Positions 51,993 to 64,000 of a DNA stretch of 64,000 nt are shown one piece after another. The DNA lies in NCBI GenBank assembly GCA_964016885.1, contig OZ024752.1:29760001-29824000 (forward strand), given 5' to 3'. How positions within the stretch are numbered: position 1 is the stretch's first letter; the number at the start of each line of letters is the position of its first letter. This DNA is from Eledone cirrhosa. Taxonomy: Eukaryota. The notes beneath the pieces were generated by a model. The model saw only the letters and a list, made by a program, of their open reading frames with translations, searched no databases and was not told where the DNA came from. The position numbers were made by a program, and so were the translations under genes.

Positions 51993-52670
51993 CACACACA
52001 CACCACACTCACACACGTATACACAATGCAACACACACACAACAAACTCACACACACACCCATATATATATATATATACACACACACATCACACTCACAC
52101 ACATATACACAATGCAACACACACACAACAAACTCACACACACACCCATATATATACACACACACACCACACTCACACACATACACACAATGCAACACAC
52201 ACACAACAAACTCACACACACACACCCATATATATATATATACACACACACACCACACTCACACACACACCCATATATATATATATATACACACACACAC
52301 CACACTCACACACACACAATGCAACACACACACAACAAACTCACACACACACCCATATATATATATACACACACACACCACACTCACACACATATACACA
52401 ATGCAACACACACACAACAAACTCACACACACACCCATATATATATATATATACACACACACATCACACTCACACACATATACACAATGCAACACACACA
52501 CAACAAACTCACACACACACACCCATATATATATATACACACACACACCACACTCACACACATACACACAATGCAACACACACACAACAAACTCACACAC
52601 ACACCCATATATATATATATACACACACACACCACACTCACACACATATACACAATGCAACACCACACAT
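51390..52670. repeat. CA/TA-derived higher-order minisatellite (~70-85-bp unit)
   Basis: Recurring caccacactcacacacatatacacaatgcaacacacacaacaaactcac unit. Confidence 0.92.
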
Positions 52671-52827
52671 ATAGAATGGTATGAAGGTAGATAAAAGTTA
52701 AGACTTAGTTTGGTTTCAACGAAGTCTTATCTCCATGCCTGGCCTGTCTTATGAAACAGTTCACTACATACAACATATTGGAACTTATATAGTAAAGTAG
52801 CAGCTAATAATACTGGGAGGTCCATTA

Positions 52828-53710
52828 GTGTGTTGGTGGTGGTGGTGGTGATGGTGATGGTGTTGGTGTTCGTGGTGGTGGTGGTGGTGGTGGTGATGGT
52901 GGAGTAGTGGTGGTGGTGGTGATGGTGGAGTAGTGGTGGTGGTGGTGATGGTGGTGTTGGTGGTGGTGAAGTGGTGTTGGTGTTGGTGTTCGTGTTGGTG
53001 GTGGAGTGGTGTTGGTGTTGGTGTTCGTGTTGGTGGTGGTGGTGATGGTGGAGTAGTGGTGGTGGTAGTGGTGATGGTGGAGTAGTGGTGGTGGTGGTGG
53101 TGATGGTGGAGTAGTGGTGGTGGTGGTGGTGGTGGTGGTGGTGAAGTGGTGTTGGTGTTCGTGTTCGTGGTGGTGGTGGTGGTGGTGATGGTGGACTAGT
53201 GGTGGTGGTGGTGGTGGTGGTGAAGTGGTGGTGGTGAAGTGGTAGTGTTGGTGTTGGAGTGGTGGTGGTGATGGTGGAGTGGTGGTGGTGGTGGTGGTGG
53301 TGGTGAAATGGTGGTGTTGGTGTTGCAGTGGTGGTGGTGGTGATGGTGTTCGTGGTGGTGGTGGTGGTGATGGTGAAGTGGTGGTGGTGGTGGAGTGGTG
53401 GTGGTGGTGGTGGAGTAGTGGAGTGGTGATGGAGGTCCATTAGTGTGATGGTGGAGTGATGGTGGTGGTGGTGGAGTGGTGATGGAGGTGGTGGTAATGG
53501 TGGTGATGGTGGTTGGTTGTGATGGTGGTGGTGGTTCATGATGATGATGGTAATGGTGGTGATGATGGTGAGCATGATGATTGTGATGATGATGATGATG
53601 ATGGTGGTAGTGATTATGTTGGTGGTGACGGTGATGGTGACGATGATTATGGTAATTATGACAGTGATGACAGTGGTGGTGGTGGTGATGATGATGATGA
53701 TGATGATGAA
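52828..53710. repeat. (GTG)n/(GAT)n trinucleotide field
   Basis: Direct inspection. Confidence 0.92.
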
Positions 53711-53989
53711 GTAGGAGATCCCATAACTTCAGGTGGGGGATGGGCTCCAGCAGTAACTAGAAGGTCCAGAAGTAGATTTAATGGTGTAATGTTGTTGTGG
53801 CACCCTTCAATAACAGTAATAGCAACTCAGGCAGAAACTTCATATGGTTTCCTTGACAAAATTCTATAAGAATTTGCTGCCATGTTTGTAACAGAAGAGG
53901 GACTTCACTTCTACCATAAATTTTATTTCTTGCAATAAAGGATTTCAAGCATTTCTTAAAAATAGCTTTACAGCATTTTCTATCTTTAA

Positions 53990-54703
53990 CCATTTAGCAT
54001 TCACATTACTCTATATATGCAATGGTAAAAATATGGAAATCAAATCTGCCGGCCAAACTGAAAAGGAATTTCTTCAGAGCTGTTGTGGAATCTGTGCTTG
54101 TTTATGGCTCTGTCACTTGGACGCTAACGTCGAAACTGGAGAAAAAGCTAGACGGGGCATACACACGTATGCTCCGTGCTGCTTTAAACGTGTCTTGGAG
54201 GGAACACCCAACAAATAAGGATCTCTATGGCAATATACCACCTATCAGCAGGTCAATACGTGGACAGAGATTCAGATTTGCTGGCCACTGTTGGCGCAGC
54301 AAGGAAGAAATAGCAGGTGATGTGTTGTTATGGAGTCCATCTCATGGAGCAAGAAACGCTGGTCGTCCCAAGAAGATATACGTCAAGCAACTTGAGGACG
54401 ATACTGGATGCACTGCGGAAAAACTGGCAAACGCTATGAGAGACTGAGATGGATGGAGGAAATGTCTCGTAGAAAGCTGAGCAAGCTCGACCTGATGATA
54501 ATGACTATATATACTATTATATTTTCGTGGTAAAGGCTTTACCTCACATAATTATCTCACATAATATCGAATCTATGAGATTTTGAAAGTATTTATTTTG
54601 AGAACAATACCGTAACATCAGTTTGAGTGACCAGTTACAGCCAGTTTCAACAGGAAGAGGTAGAGAATTCTGGCCGGTTTTGGCTGGTTTGAACATTAAA
54701 GGG
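53990..54703. mobile_element. piggyBac-like MITE interrupted by an RTE fragment
   Basis: TTAA at 53986-53989 and 54704-54707; the two halves rejoin to match 23952-24161. Confidence 0.9.
54019..54504 (+). mobile_element. 5'-truncated RTE-like LINE (third family) with an 8-bp TSD
   Basis: ORF IWKSNL..FRAVVESVLVYGS.TW..RFAGHCWRS..GRPKK; tgatgataatga tail; TSD ctatatat at 54011-54018 and 54505-54512. Confidence 0.9.
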
Positions 54704-55699
54704 TTAAAACCTTATAATTTGGTATTGACTTGTGGGAGTCAGAGCCATTGTTTAGTTAAGCCATGTGAGTGAAGACTGCTTAGCAACCATGTGTGTGTGC
54801 ATGTGTGTGTATATGTGTGTGGGAATGTGCAAGTGTGTGTGTGTGAGTGTGTATGCGTATGTGAGAGTGGATGTGTGTGTATGCGTGAGTGTGCAGAGGT
54901 GTGTATGAGTGTGTGTATGTGTGTGAGTGTGTGTATGTGTGTGAATGTGTGTGTGAGTGAGAGTGTGTATTTGTGTGTGTGTGTGCATGAGCGTATGCGT
55001 ATGTGTGTGCATGAGTGCGTGCATGTATGTGTTCTAGAAATGGTAAATTAGAAGAGTGTGACATTGAAACATTTCCAAGCCCAACAGAAGCCATGTTTGA
55101 TAAGAAATGGCTTCCACATGAAATCAAACCTGGATTAATGATGACTTTTAAATTCAATTTATAGTGAACTTACATCTTATGTTGTAAGCAGAAAGAATGT
55201 GAATGCACTGATGAACCACATGCTAAGATTAACAACAGGCCAATCAAAAACAAAATGATTCTTAAAGACTTAAATTAACCTCTCTTTATTCCACTTTCTA
55301 TTTCGTTCTCACTTCTCTTTCTATTAAATCACTCGACATATACCCCACCCCTTTACTAGGTTTACAAATGTATGAAAACATTGTTTGAAGGAAAATATAA
55401 TTTCCAATGGGAATCCAGTTATTCAATTCCATTCTTTAACCTCATCAACAGGAAGTGATGTAGGGCTATAGGCTTAAATCTCCAACAAGGATTATTATGT
55501 TTTTCTTTCCCATTTCTTTTAGTTGTAGTGCACCTGAGCACTGTACACAATAATTTTCATTATATATTCATTATATTATATATAAATGTAAATCTTGGTT
55601 TTTGTTAAAGAATTTATTAAAATACTACAGAAATTATAGAACTAGTAAGGCGGACTCAAATTTAAAAAAAAAATAAAGAGGAATAAGGTTATAATATGA

Positions 55700-56230
55700 A
55701 ATAAGAGTTTCTGATTTAGGCACAAGGCCGCCAATGTTGGGGAGTGGAAAGTTTATTAAATCAACTCAGTATATTACTGGTACTTTATTTTATTGACCAC
55801 GTAAAGATGAAAGGCAAAGCTAACCAGCTTAATAATAATTGTTTCTACTTTTTGGCACAAGGCCAGCAATTACCCAGTGCATTACTGGTACTTTATTTTA
55901 TCGACCCCATAAGGATGAAAAGCAAAGTTAACCTCGGCAGGATTTGAACTCAGATCACAAAGGGAGGTAACTCCATGCTTCAAAGCATGGCGCCCGACCC
56001 TCTACCGATACTGCCAATCCACCGAGCTTAATAATAATAGTTTCTGATGTAGGCACAAGTCGATTAAATTGACCTTAGTACATTACTGGTATTTTATTTT
56101 ATCAACTTCATAAGGATGAAAAGTAAAGTTAACCATGGTGGTATTTGAACTCAGAACATAAAGGATGGTAATTCTATGCTGCAAAGCATGTTGTCCGATG
56201 GCCTACTGATACTGCCATTCCACAGCCCTT
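55700..56230 (-). mobile_element. Cluster of three SINE B copies
   Basis: Repeated tactggtactttattttatc..aaggatgaaaagcaaagttaacc blocks; heads end at ~56025 and ~56228. Confidence 0.85.
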
Positions 56231-57774
56231 TATAATATGAAATAATAACAGTAGTTACAAAATCCCTGAAAACATGAGGGAAGTTGTTTTGACAGGTATG
56301 TGTGAAGTATACAAGTAGGAACATGATAACTGTGTAGTCAATGTAAGAACTTGGTAGAACAAAAGATGAATGAGATCTCTGGCAGAATGACAGGGAACTA
56401 AATGCTCTGAAGTCTATGAATTGCTTGGTTGGCTTGCTAGAAGTAGTAGATAAGCTTTTGATACCTGTTACATAATTAGCATTGGAGGTGGAGGTGGAGT
56501 GAGTGATATCACAATGGGTGAGGTTTAAAATATACAGATGATGAAGTTTAGAGAAATACTAGTTCCTGTTGGCAATGGTATATTTCTCTTTCTGAATGAA
56601 AGGCAGACTCCAGGAAGTAATAAACACTGGATACATATTTGTAAACACACTTTCCATATAAATATGCCAGCATTATTTTTTTCTATATTGGGGTTGATTT
56701 AATCGACTTTACCTTCCCCAAAAATTGTTGGCCTTGTGCCTAAATCAGAAACCATTATCTTTTTTCTGCATGTACCAAGACTATACAATCTGAACCAATT
56801 CTGAGATGAGAAGCAAGATGAAAGAGAAGGGCAAAGCCATGCATGAAGGTAATAGAGAGGAAAGAAAACAAAGATTGTTATTTATGGAACTAAAGAGTTC
56901 ATAGATATTTGAGGTAGGGTACAGCATATGAATCAAGGGTAACGTGAAATTTTTCAGAAATGATTTTATTTTGAGAAAGAACTTGAAAATTAATCAAAAT
57001 TAAAAGCATACACACACACCTTCATACACACATATGAACACATGTGCATATACACATAGACACACACACAACTTGATGTTTTGAAATCCTGACACACGGT
57101 CAAAACCTCAAATCCTATTGTGACCCATTGTATGTTTGTACTGTGGTATAATTCTTTTTGTCTCAGTTTTACTTAAGAAAACAAGCTTTAATCTTCCTTC
57201 TTCCTTCATGGGTCATACATAGCAGTAGGATGGGCATCCAGCTGTAAAAACAATTGTTTTAACTAAACTGACTCCACCCCTTGATAAGATGAGAAAGAGC
57301 TGTGTACAGCAATACATGGGTGTGTACATATGTATGTAAGTAGATTATTTTGGTTGCATATCTGTGTGCACACACACACACATACACACACACGTGTGTA
57401 TATATATATATAATTTGTCGCATCAGTGTGTGTATATAATTTGTTGCATCATCATTTACCAGCCCAAACCACCAGTTCTACCCATTAGTAAACAGTCTAA
57501 CATAAATGATATATATATATATATGAACATACAACATTTTATAACCTCTTCATTATAATTAATGAAATTCACATGTTAATTTTCTTTTAACACTTATCTA
57601 TTTACCCATCTATCTAACTGTCATATTTTCTATTCTATCCTCACAATTTTATAGAATACCAATTCTTATTTTTATCTCTCTAATGTCTCAATGAAGATAC
57701 TGAGTTGATTAACTAAATACCTGGTCCCCCCTCCCCACACTCTTTGATCCTTTATGCACTACTTGCCTATCCCA

Positions 57775-57910
57775 ATAATGGTTTCTGATTCAGGCACAAG
57801 GCCAACAATTTTTGAGTTAGGTGAAGTTGATTAAATCGACCCCGGTTAGTTACTCGTACTTTATTTTACCAAACCCCATAAGGATGAAAGGCAAAGTTAA
57901 CCTTGGTGGG
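57775..57910 (-). mobile_element. SINE B, 3' part
   Basis: aataatggtttctgattcaggcacaagg ... aggatgaaaggcaaagttaacc. Confidence 0.75.
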
Positions 57911-57979
57911 TTTTATACATTTACATATATACAAACCTATGGATACATTTACGTACACACACATACATCATATACATGC

Positions 57980-58054
<75 letters not shown>

Positions 58055-58434
58055 CACACACACATGCATACATCTTTAAATATACACACACATTTGTAAA
58101 TATATGTCCAGCTAGACCCCCACACATGTGTTTATTTGTATGCGTTGGTTTAACCCTAACACAACGGAAATTAAAAAAAGATATACTGCGACAAGGAAGG
58201 ACAATCTCTGATTTTTCCAAAGCTCCACCCCCTACATACACACCTTGATAAGGGATGGTAAATCCCAAAAAGTTTGAAACTAATAAATTCTAAGGTAACA
58301 ATCAGTCATTTTTGTCCTTCTCTCACTCTTGGCTTTTATACCTCACCTCTCTTTATTCCCTTCTGACTTGTTGCCTTGGTAATTCAAACCCACTTGTATT
58401 GTATAGCTTCCTAAACATACCACTTTTCACTTTC

Positions 58435-58466
<32 letters not shown>

Positions 58467-58567
58467 GTGTGTGTATGTATGTGTGAGTATATGTATGAAA
58501 ATATTACATATATATAATTGCAGTTATATATAAATATATATATAATGTGGGTAATAATAAATATTGT

Positions 58568-58664
<97 letters not shown>

Positions 58665-58679
58665 GGGAGTAAGAAAACA

Positions 58680-59880
58680 GCTGAGGTTTCTTAAGTGACA
58701 ACCTGCTTGCAGCCATCAGCCATCTGTGTGTGGAGCAGGATGGAGTGATAAGAAGGTTCACAAGGGGCTACTGCATCAAGAAGTTAGACAACAAGCAAGA
58801 AGCTAAAAATAGAAGGTCTAGTAATAATGTTCTGTACTACATGGATGAGAGGTGTGAAGTAGAGGATGTAATTGGGGAGAAGTCAGTTCAAAGATGATAT
58901 TGTCAGACTTGCTCTCAGTAACATTGGAGAGAGACAGAGAGAGAGGTTCTCTATAGAAGAATAGGAGAGAAATAATGTGCAAGGTACAAGGCCAACACAT
59001 TTTACTGCCAATCCACTGCCCAAATATGAGTGAAATAACAGGACAATACTAAGGTGAAGTGTGATGAATTATTGAGACAATATCAAGATCAAATGAGATG
59101 AAATAATGAACCAGCTATTGAGCTGAGTTTCAGTATGTTTAGATATTTAGTTTGGTTGTTAAGGAAATGATAAGGAGAAAAAAAAACCCAGTTTGTTAGG
59201 GATAATTGCTGAGGTAGTTGAAGCATCAATACTTGCTGGCAATATGCTAATTTATATTAATCAGCTAGTGTATAAAGGCTCTGTCCTTAATTATTAGCAC
59301 AGAATTATCATCATTAACTGCTATGAGGGAAAATAAAAAGAAAGGCAAAACTGACACATCAAATCTTGAAAGAAGCTGAAAACCTCTTAGCATAGTGAGT
59401 TGAAGACAGATTAGCAGATGCAGCTTGGGTTTCTATCATAAATATGAAACCACAACTGGTGAATTCTTAGCAAGACAACTGTGAGGGAAGTTATTAACTA
59501 TTTGATTTCATTGATAAGGAAATAACTTTGATAGCGTATCCCAAACCAAAGAATGATTGGCACTCAGAAACCCAAAGTCTAGATAACTTATGCGAGCTGC
59601 TTCATGAGGGTGCTGTGAGTAAGGTTCAGATTGTGTAAGTAGACATTCAAGGTTGCTTTGTTGGTCCTTGCAAAATTTTATATGATAATAGCTTATTTCT
59701 TCTAGCAGACTCTGTTTAGAACTAGAATGAGAGTACTTAAAGTAAGAAAGGGTATTAAGTTCCTCCCTGTAGCATCTGTGAGTTACCCTTGTTATGTAGG
59801 AAGTGAGAAGATAGGAACTTGATACTGTAGTACCTTTATTGGACTTCAAATGGAATAACTGTACATCTGTAATTAGCAAT
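58680..59880 (-). mobile_element. Highly decayed CR1/L2/Jockey-group LINE fossil
   Basis: Residual motifs SYLDF..LVWDTLSKL (cf. LDFSKAFDxVWHxxLLSKL) and SLLFFYR..EL..P..HP near the 3' end. The similarity is weak. Confidence 0.4.
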
Positions 59881-59891
59881 AAGGGCCACCT

Positions 59892-60370
59892 CATCATCAC
59901 CGTTTTACGTCCCTTCTTCCACGCTAGCATGGGTTAGACAGGTTGTCCTATTGTGGGCAGCGTCTGGTCAGCTGACCATGCTTTGTTCATACAGGAACTG
60001 ATTCTGGCTTGATTTCTACAGCTGGATGCCCTTCCTAACACCAACCTCATTTACAGTGAGTGGTGGGTGCTATTTTGCATGGCGCCTACATGTCCACTTT
60101 ACAGTGTGGGCTGGGTGCTTTTTTGTCATGGCACCTCCACGACCACTTTGCAGTGGGAGGGTGTAGGGGCATATTATCTATATGCTTCAGCTTCGGCTTG
60201 TACCCGTGGGGGGGGGTCTTCTGCATTACTGCGTGACGCCAGAGGTCATGGTTGTGTGTCATCACCTTTGAGAGGTGTAATTGGGTAAGCTCGGCTTTTA
60301 TCACCTCATACCAGGTCTTCTTGGGTCTCCCCACTCCGCGGTTTCCATCAACTTCTAGTGCTCTGCATTG
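59892..60370 (-). mobile_element. 5'-truncated RTE (fourth variant) with a Ceph-domain 3' UTR
   Basis: ORF end GRPKKTWYEVIKAELTQLHLSKVMTHNHDLWRHAVMQKT, then Ceph-like repeats, ctaacccatgctagcgtggaag and an (ATG)n tail. Confidence 0.85.
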
Positions 60371-60919
60371 AAATCCATGAGCTCCTCCTCAGCAAGTTTA
60401 TTAGATTTTAGTAGATTATTTCTGGTACCTAGAAAGCCTTAGATCTAGAAACAGCCAATGTTTTTCATTCTATGTATAAAGCAGATTATATTAAGCATAC
60501 ATAAATGTGATGATATTACATAATAGTAAAGTATGGGATTTGGATGTGGAAGATTTGTAAGGGGCTGAAGAGAAATGAAGTATGAAGCAAGTGTCTGTTG
60601 GGTGTGTAATATTGACTGAGAATCAATGAGAATCAGCTGATATTTGCATAAATTGCGATGTACTAGCGTGGATATGTATTAAAAATAGATGATGAAAACA
60701 ACTCCAATATGCTGACAGTTAGAGATACATGACATAGGAACAAGTGGTGAGGATAGGTTTCAGGATATTGGGCCTTAAAGATAACGGAAGGCCACAAAAG
60801 ATTTATATGAGCTATGATATGCTATATGGTAGATAAAAGGCAGCTTGAAAAAAAAAAATGTTAAAATGATGTTGATGATGGTGGTGGGGGTGGTGGTGAT
60901 GATGATGATGATGATTATG

Positions 60920-61815
60920 ATGATGACGACAATGGTGGTGGGGGGTGATAGTGGTGGAGTGGTGATGGTGACGATGATGGTGATGATGATGATGATGATG
61001 ATGACAATGGTGGTTGGGTGATAGTGGTGGAGTGGTGATGGTGACAATGATGGTGGTAGTGATGATGATGATGATGATGATGACAATGGTGGTGGGGTGA
61101 TAGTGGTGGAGTGGTGATGGTGACAATGATGGTGGTGGTGATGATGATGATGATGACAATGGTGGTGGGGTGATAGTGGTGGAGTGGTGATGGTGACAAT
61201 GATGGTGGTGGTGATGATGATGATGATGACAATGGTGGTGGGGTGATAGTGGTGGAGTGGTGATGGTGACAATGATGGTGGTGGTGATGATGATGATGAT
61301 GACAATGGTGGTGGGGTGATAGTGGTGGAGTGGTGATGGTGACAATGATGGTGGTGGTGATGATGATGATGATGACAATGGTGGTGGGGTGATAGTGGTG
61401 GAGTGGTGATGGTGACAATGATGGTGGTGGTGATGATGATGATGATGACAATGGTGGTGGGGTGATAGTGGTGGAGTGGTGATGGTGACGATGATGGTGG
61501 TGGTGATGATGATGATGATGACAATGGTGGTGGGGTGATAGTGGTGGAGTGGTGATGGTGACAATGATGGTGGTGGTGATGATGATGATGATGACAATGG
61601 TGGTGGGGTGATAGTGGTGGAGTGGTGATGGTGACAATGATGGTGGTGGTGATGATGATGATGATGACAATGGTGGTGGGGTGATAGTGGTGGAGTGGTG
61701 ATGGTGACAATGATGGTGGTGGTGATGATGATGATGATGACAATGGTGGTGGGGTGATAGTGGTGGAGTGGTGATGGTGACGATGATGGTGGAGTGATAG
61801 TGGTGGAGTGGTGAT
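60920..61815. repeat. 73-bp minisatellite built from GTG/GAT triplets (~12 copies, nearly identical)
   Basis: Unit starts at 61088, 61161, 61234 and so on. Confidence 0.95.
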
Positions 61816-62067
61816 GGTGATGGTGATGATCATGATGATGATCGTGATGACGACGACAATGGTGGTGGGGGTGATTGTGGTTGAGTGGTGATGATAATAA
61901 TGGTGGCGATGGTGGTGGTGTGAAGATGTTGGTGGTGGTGGTGGTGGTGAAGAAAACGAGGAGAGGGATGATGAGGATGACGATGGCAATGGTGAAACTT
62001 TGATGAAGTTGATGCTGATATATGTAGTTACATCTAGTTTTAATAGTCTGAATAACAACATTAAACG

Positions 62068-62511
62068 AAATATATAAAATATATAAAATATATAAAATAT
62101 ATAAAATATATATAAAATATATAAAATATATAAAATATATATAAAATATATAAAATATATAAAATATATAAAATATATAAAATATATAAAATATATATAA
62201 AATATATAAAATATATAAAATATATATAAAATATATAAAATATATAAAATATATAAAATATATAAAATATATAAAATATATATAAAATATATAAAATATA
62301 TAAAATATATAAAATATATAAAATATATAAAATATATAAAATATATAAAATATATAAAATATATATAAAATATATAAAATATATAAAATATATATAAAAT
62401 ATATAAAATATATAAAATATATAAAATATATAAAATATATAAAATATATATAAAATATATAAAATATATAAAATATATAAAATATATAAAATATATAAAA
62501 TATATATAAAA
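62068..62511. repeat. (TATATAAAA)n 9/11-bp pure-AT minisatellite
   Basis: Direct inspection. Confidence 0.95.
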
Positions 62512-62603
62512 CTGTTGATCACATGTCTCTTACTGTTTTTATAGTAATCCTCTAGAAGAGAGGAAATCAATGACTGCATTAAAAATATCATTGTTTCTAT
62601 ATT

Positions 62604-62996
62604 AGAGAGAGAGAGAGAGAGAGATAGACGGAGAGAGAGAGAGGGAGGCGGAGAGAGAGAGACGGTGAAAGAGAGAGAGAGACGGAGAGACGGAGAGAGA
62701 GAGACGGAGAGAGAGAGACGGAGAGAGAGAGACGGAGAGAGAGACAGACGGAGAGAGAGACAGACGGAGAGAGAGAGAGAGAGACGGAGAGAGAGACAGA
62801 CGGAGAGAGGGAGAGAGGGAGAGAGACGGAGAGAGAGAGAGACGGGGAGAGAGAGAGAGACGGAGAGAGAGAGAGAGACGGAGAGAGAGAGACGGAGAGA
62901 GAGAGATGGAGAGAGAGACAGACGGAGAGAGAGAGAGAGACGGAGGGAGAGAGACGGAGAGAGAGAAGGAGAGAGAGAGGGAGAGAGAGCGAGAGA
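62604..62996. repeat. (GA)n interrupted periodically by GACG
   Basis: Direct inspection. Confidence 0.92.
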
Positions 62997-63098
62997 CTTG
63001 TGATAATCATTGATTCTGTTTATCATATATACCACCCAACAATCTATGTAATAAACAAAAGTTCAAATGCCAGCTTTTGCAATAACTTCTGTTTTTTT

Positions 63099-64000
63099 TC
63101 TGTTATGACCCCTTCCCCCCCCCACTACTGCTACCATCTATCTGTTATGACCCCTTCCACCCCACCACTACTGCTACCATCTATCTGTTATGACCCCTTC
63201 CACCCCACCACTACTGCCACCATCTATCTGTTATGACCCCTCCCCACCTACTACTGACACCATCTATCTGTTATGAACCCCCTCCTCACCCCACCACTAC
63301 TGCCACCATCTATCTGTTATGACCCCCTCCTGCCCCCCACCACCACTCCCACCATCTATCTGTTATGACACCCCTCCTCGCCCCCACCACTACTGCCACC
63401 ATCTATCTATTATGACACCCCTCCTCACCCCCACCACCACTGCCACCATCTATCTGTTATGACCCCTACCCCCCACCACTACCACTACTGCCACCATCGA
63501 TCTGTTATGACCCCTTCCCCCCACCACTACTGCTACCATCTATCTGTTATGACCCCCTCCTGCCCCCCACCACTACTGCCACCATCTATCTGTTATGAGC
63601 CCCTCCTGCCCCCACCACTACTGTCACAATCTATCTGTTATGACACCCCTCCTCCCCCCACCACTACTGCCACCATCTATCTGTTATGACCCCCTCCTTC
63701 CCCCCACCACCACTCCCACCATCTATCTGTTATGACCCCCTCCTGCCCCCCACCACTACCACTACTGCCACCATCTATCTGTTATAACACCCCTCCTCAC
63801 TCCCGCCACTACTGCTACCATCTATCTGTTATGACCCCTTCCCCCCACCACTACTGCCACCATCTATCTGTTATGACCCCTTCCCCCCACCACTACTGCC
63901 ACCATCTATCTGTTATGACCCCTTCCCCCCACCACTACTGCCACCATCTATCTGTTATGACACCCCTCCTCCCCTCCTCCCCCACACCACTACTGCCATC
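63099..64000. repeat. ~38-47-bp minisatellite (>20 copies, runs off the window)
   Basis: Constant ccatctatctgttatgaccc plus a variable C-rich part and ccaccactactgcca. Confidence 0.95.

Noticed and set aside
51365-52694. ORFs of 328-439 aa rich in His/Thr/Tyr
   Set aside because: Translations of a CA/TA minisatellite that is open in all three frames; not genes.
53710-53900. Ankyrin-like ITPL..LLVTAGAHP on the minus strand
   Set aside because: Spacing is wrong, an upstream in-frame stop is present and there are no splice sites; more likely a decayed LINE endonuclease fragment or chance.
60775-63035. 428-aa and 324-aa minus-strand ORFs
   Set aside because: Products of tandem repeats; the 73-bp unit cycles through frames.
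63099-64000. CRISPR-like constant repeat with variable spacers
   Set aside because: The spacers are variants of one C-rich sequence, the context is eukaryotic, and there are no cas genes.

Overview
AT-rich animal (eukaryotic) genomic DNA, most likely an octopus/coleoid cephalopod. This is inferred from the tRNA-CORE-Ceph-type SINEs, the RTE LINEs and the extreme microsatellite load; it was not confirmed by a search. The window is almost entirely intronic or intergenic. The only host coding sequence I can support is one 95-bp minus-strand exon encoding an ankyrin repeat (24774-24868). Mobile elements include two large RTE-clade LINEs carrying a PHD-like finger, a 5'-truncated restriction-like-endonuclease LINE (R4/Dong-like), several shorter RTE fragments, two tRNA-derived SINE families, a TTAA-flanked piggyBac-like MITE family (8 copies), and hAT and Tc1/mariner MITEs. 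There are also many mini- and microsatellites. The most interesting signals are: (i) hammerhead-ribozyme motifs associated with long palindromes inserted in (TA)n (18.5-19.6 kb, 29.4-29.6 kb, 48.5-48.7 kb), resembling Penelope-like pseudo-LTR remnants; (ii) a SINE whose modules can be traced to the 5' UTR, 3' UTR and tail of RTE LINEs within this same window; (iii) RTEs with a Ceph-domain 3' extension; and (iv) a ~215-codon frame interrupted only by a UAG. Most ORFs in the supplied track are microsatellite or antisense artefacts.
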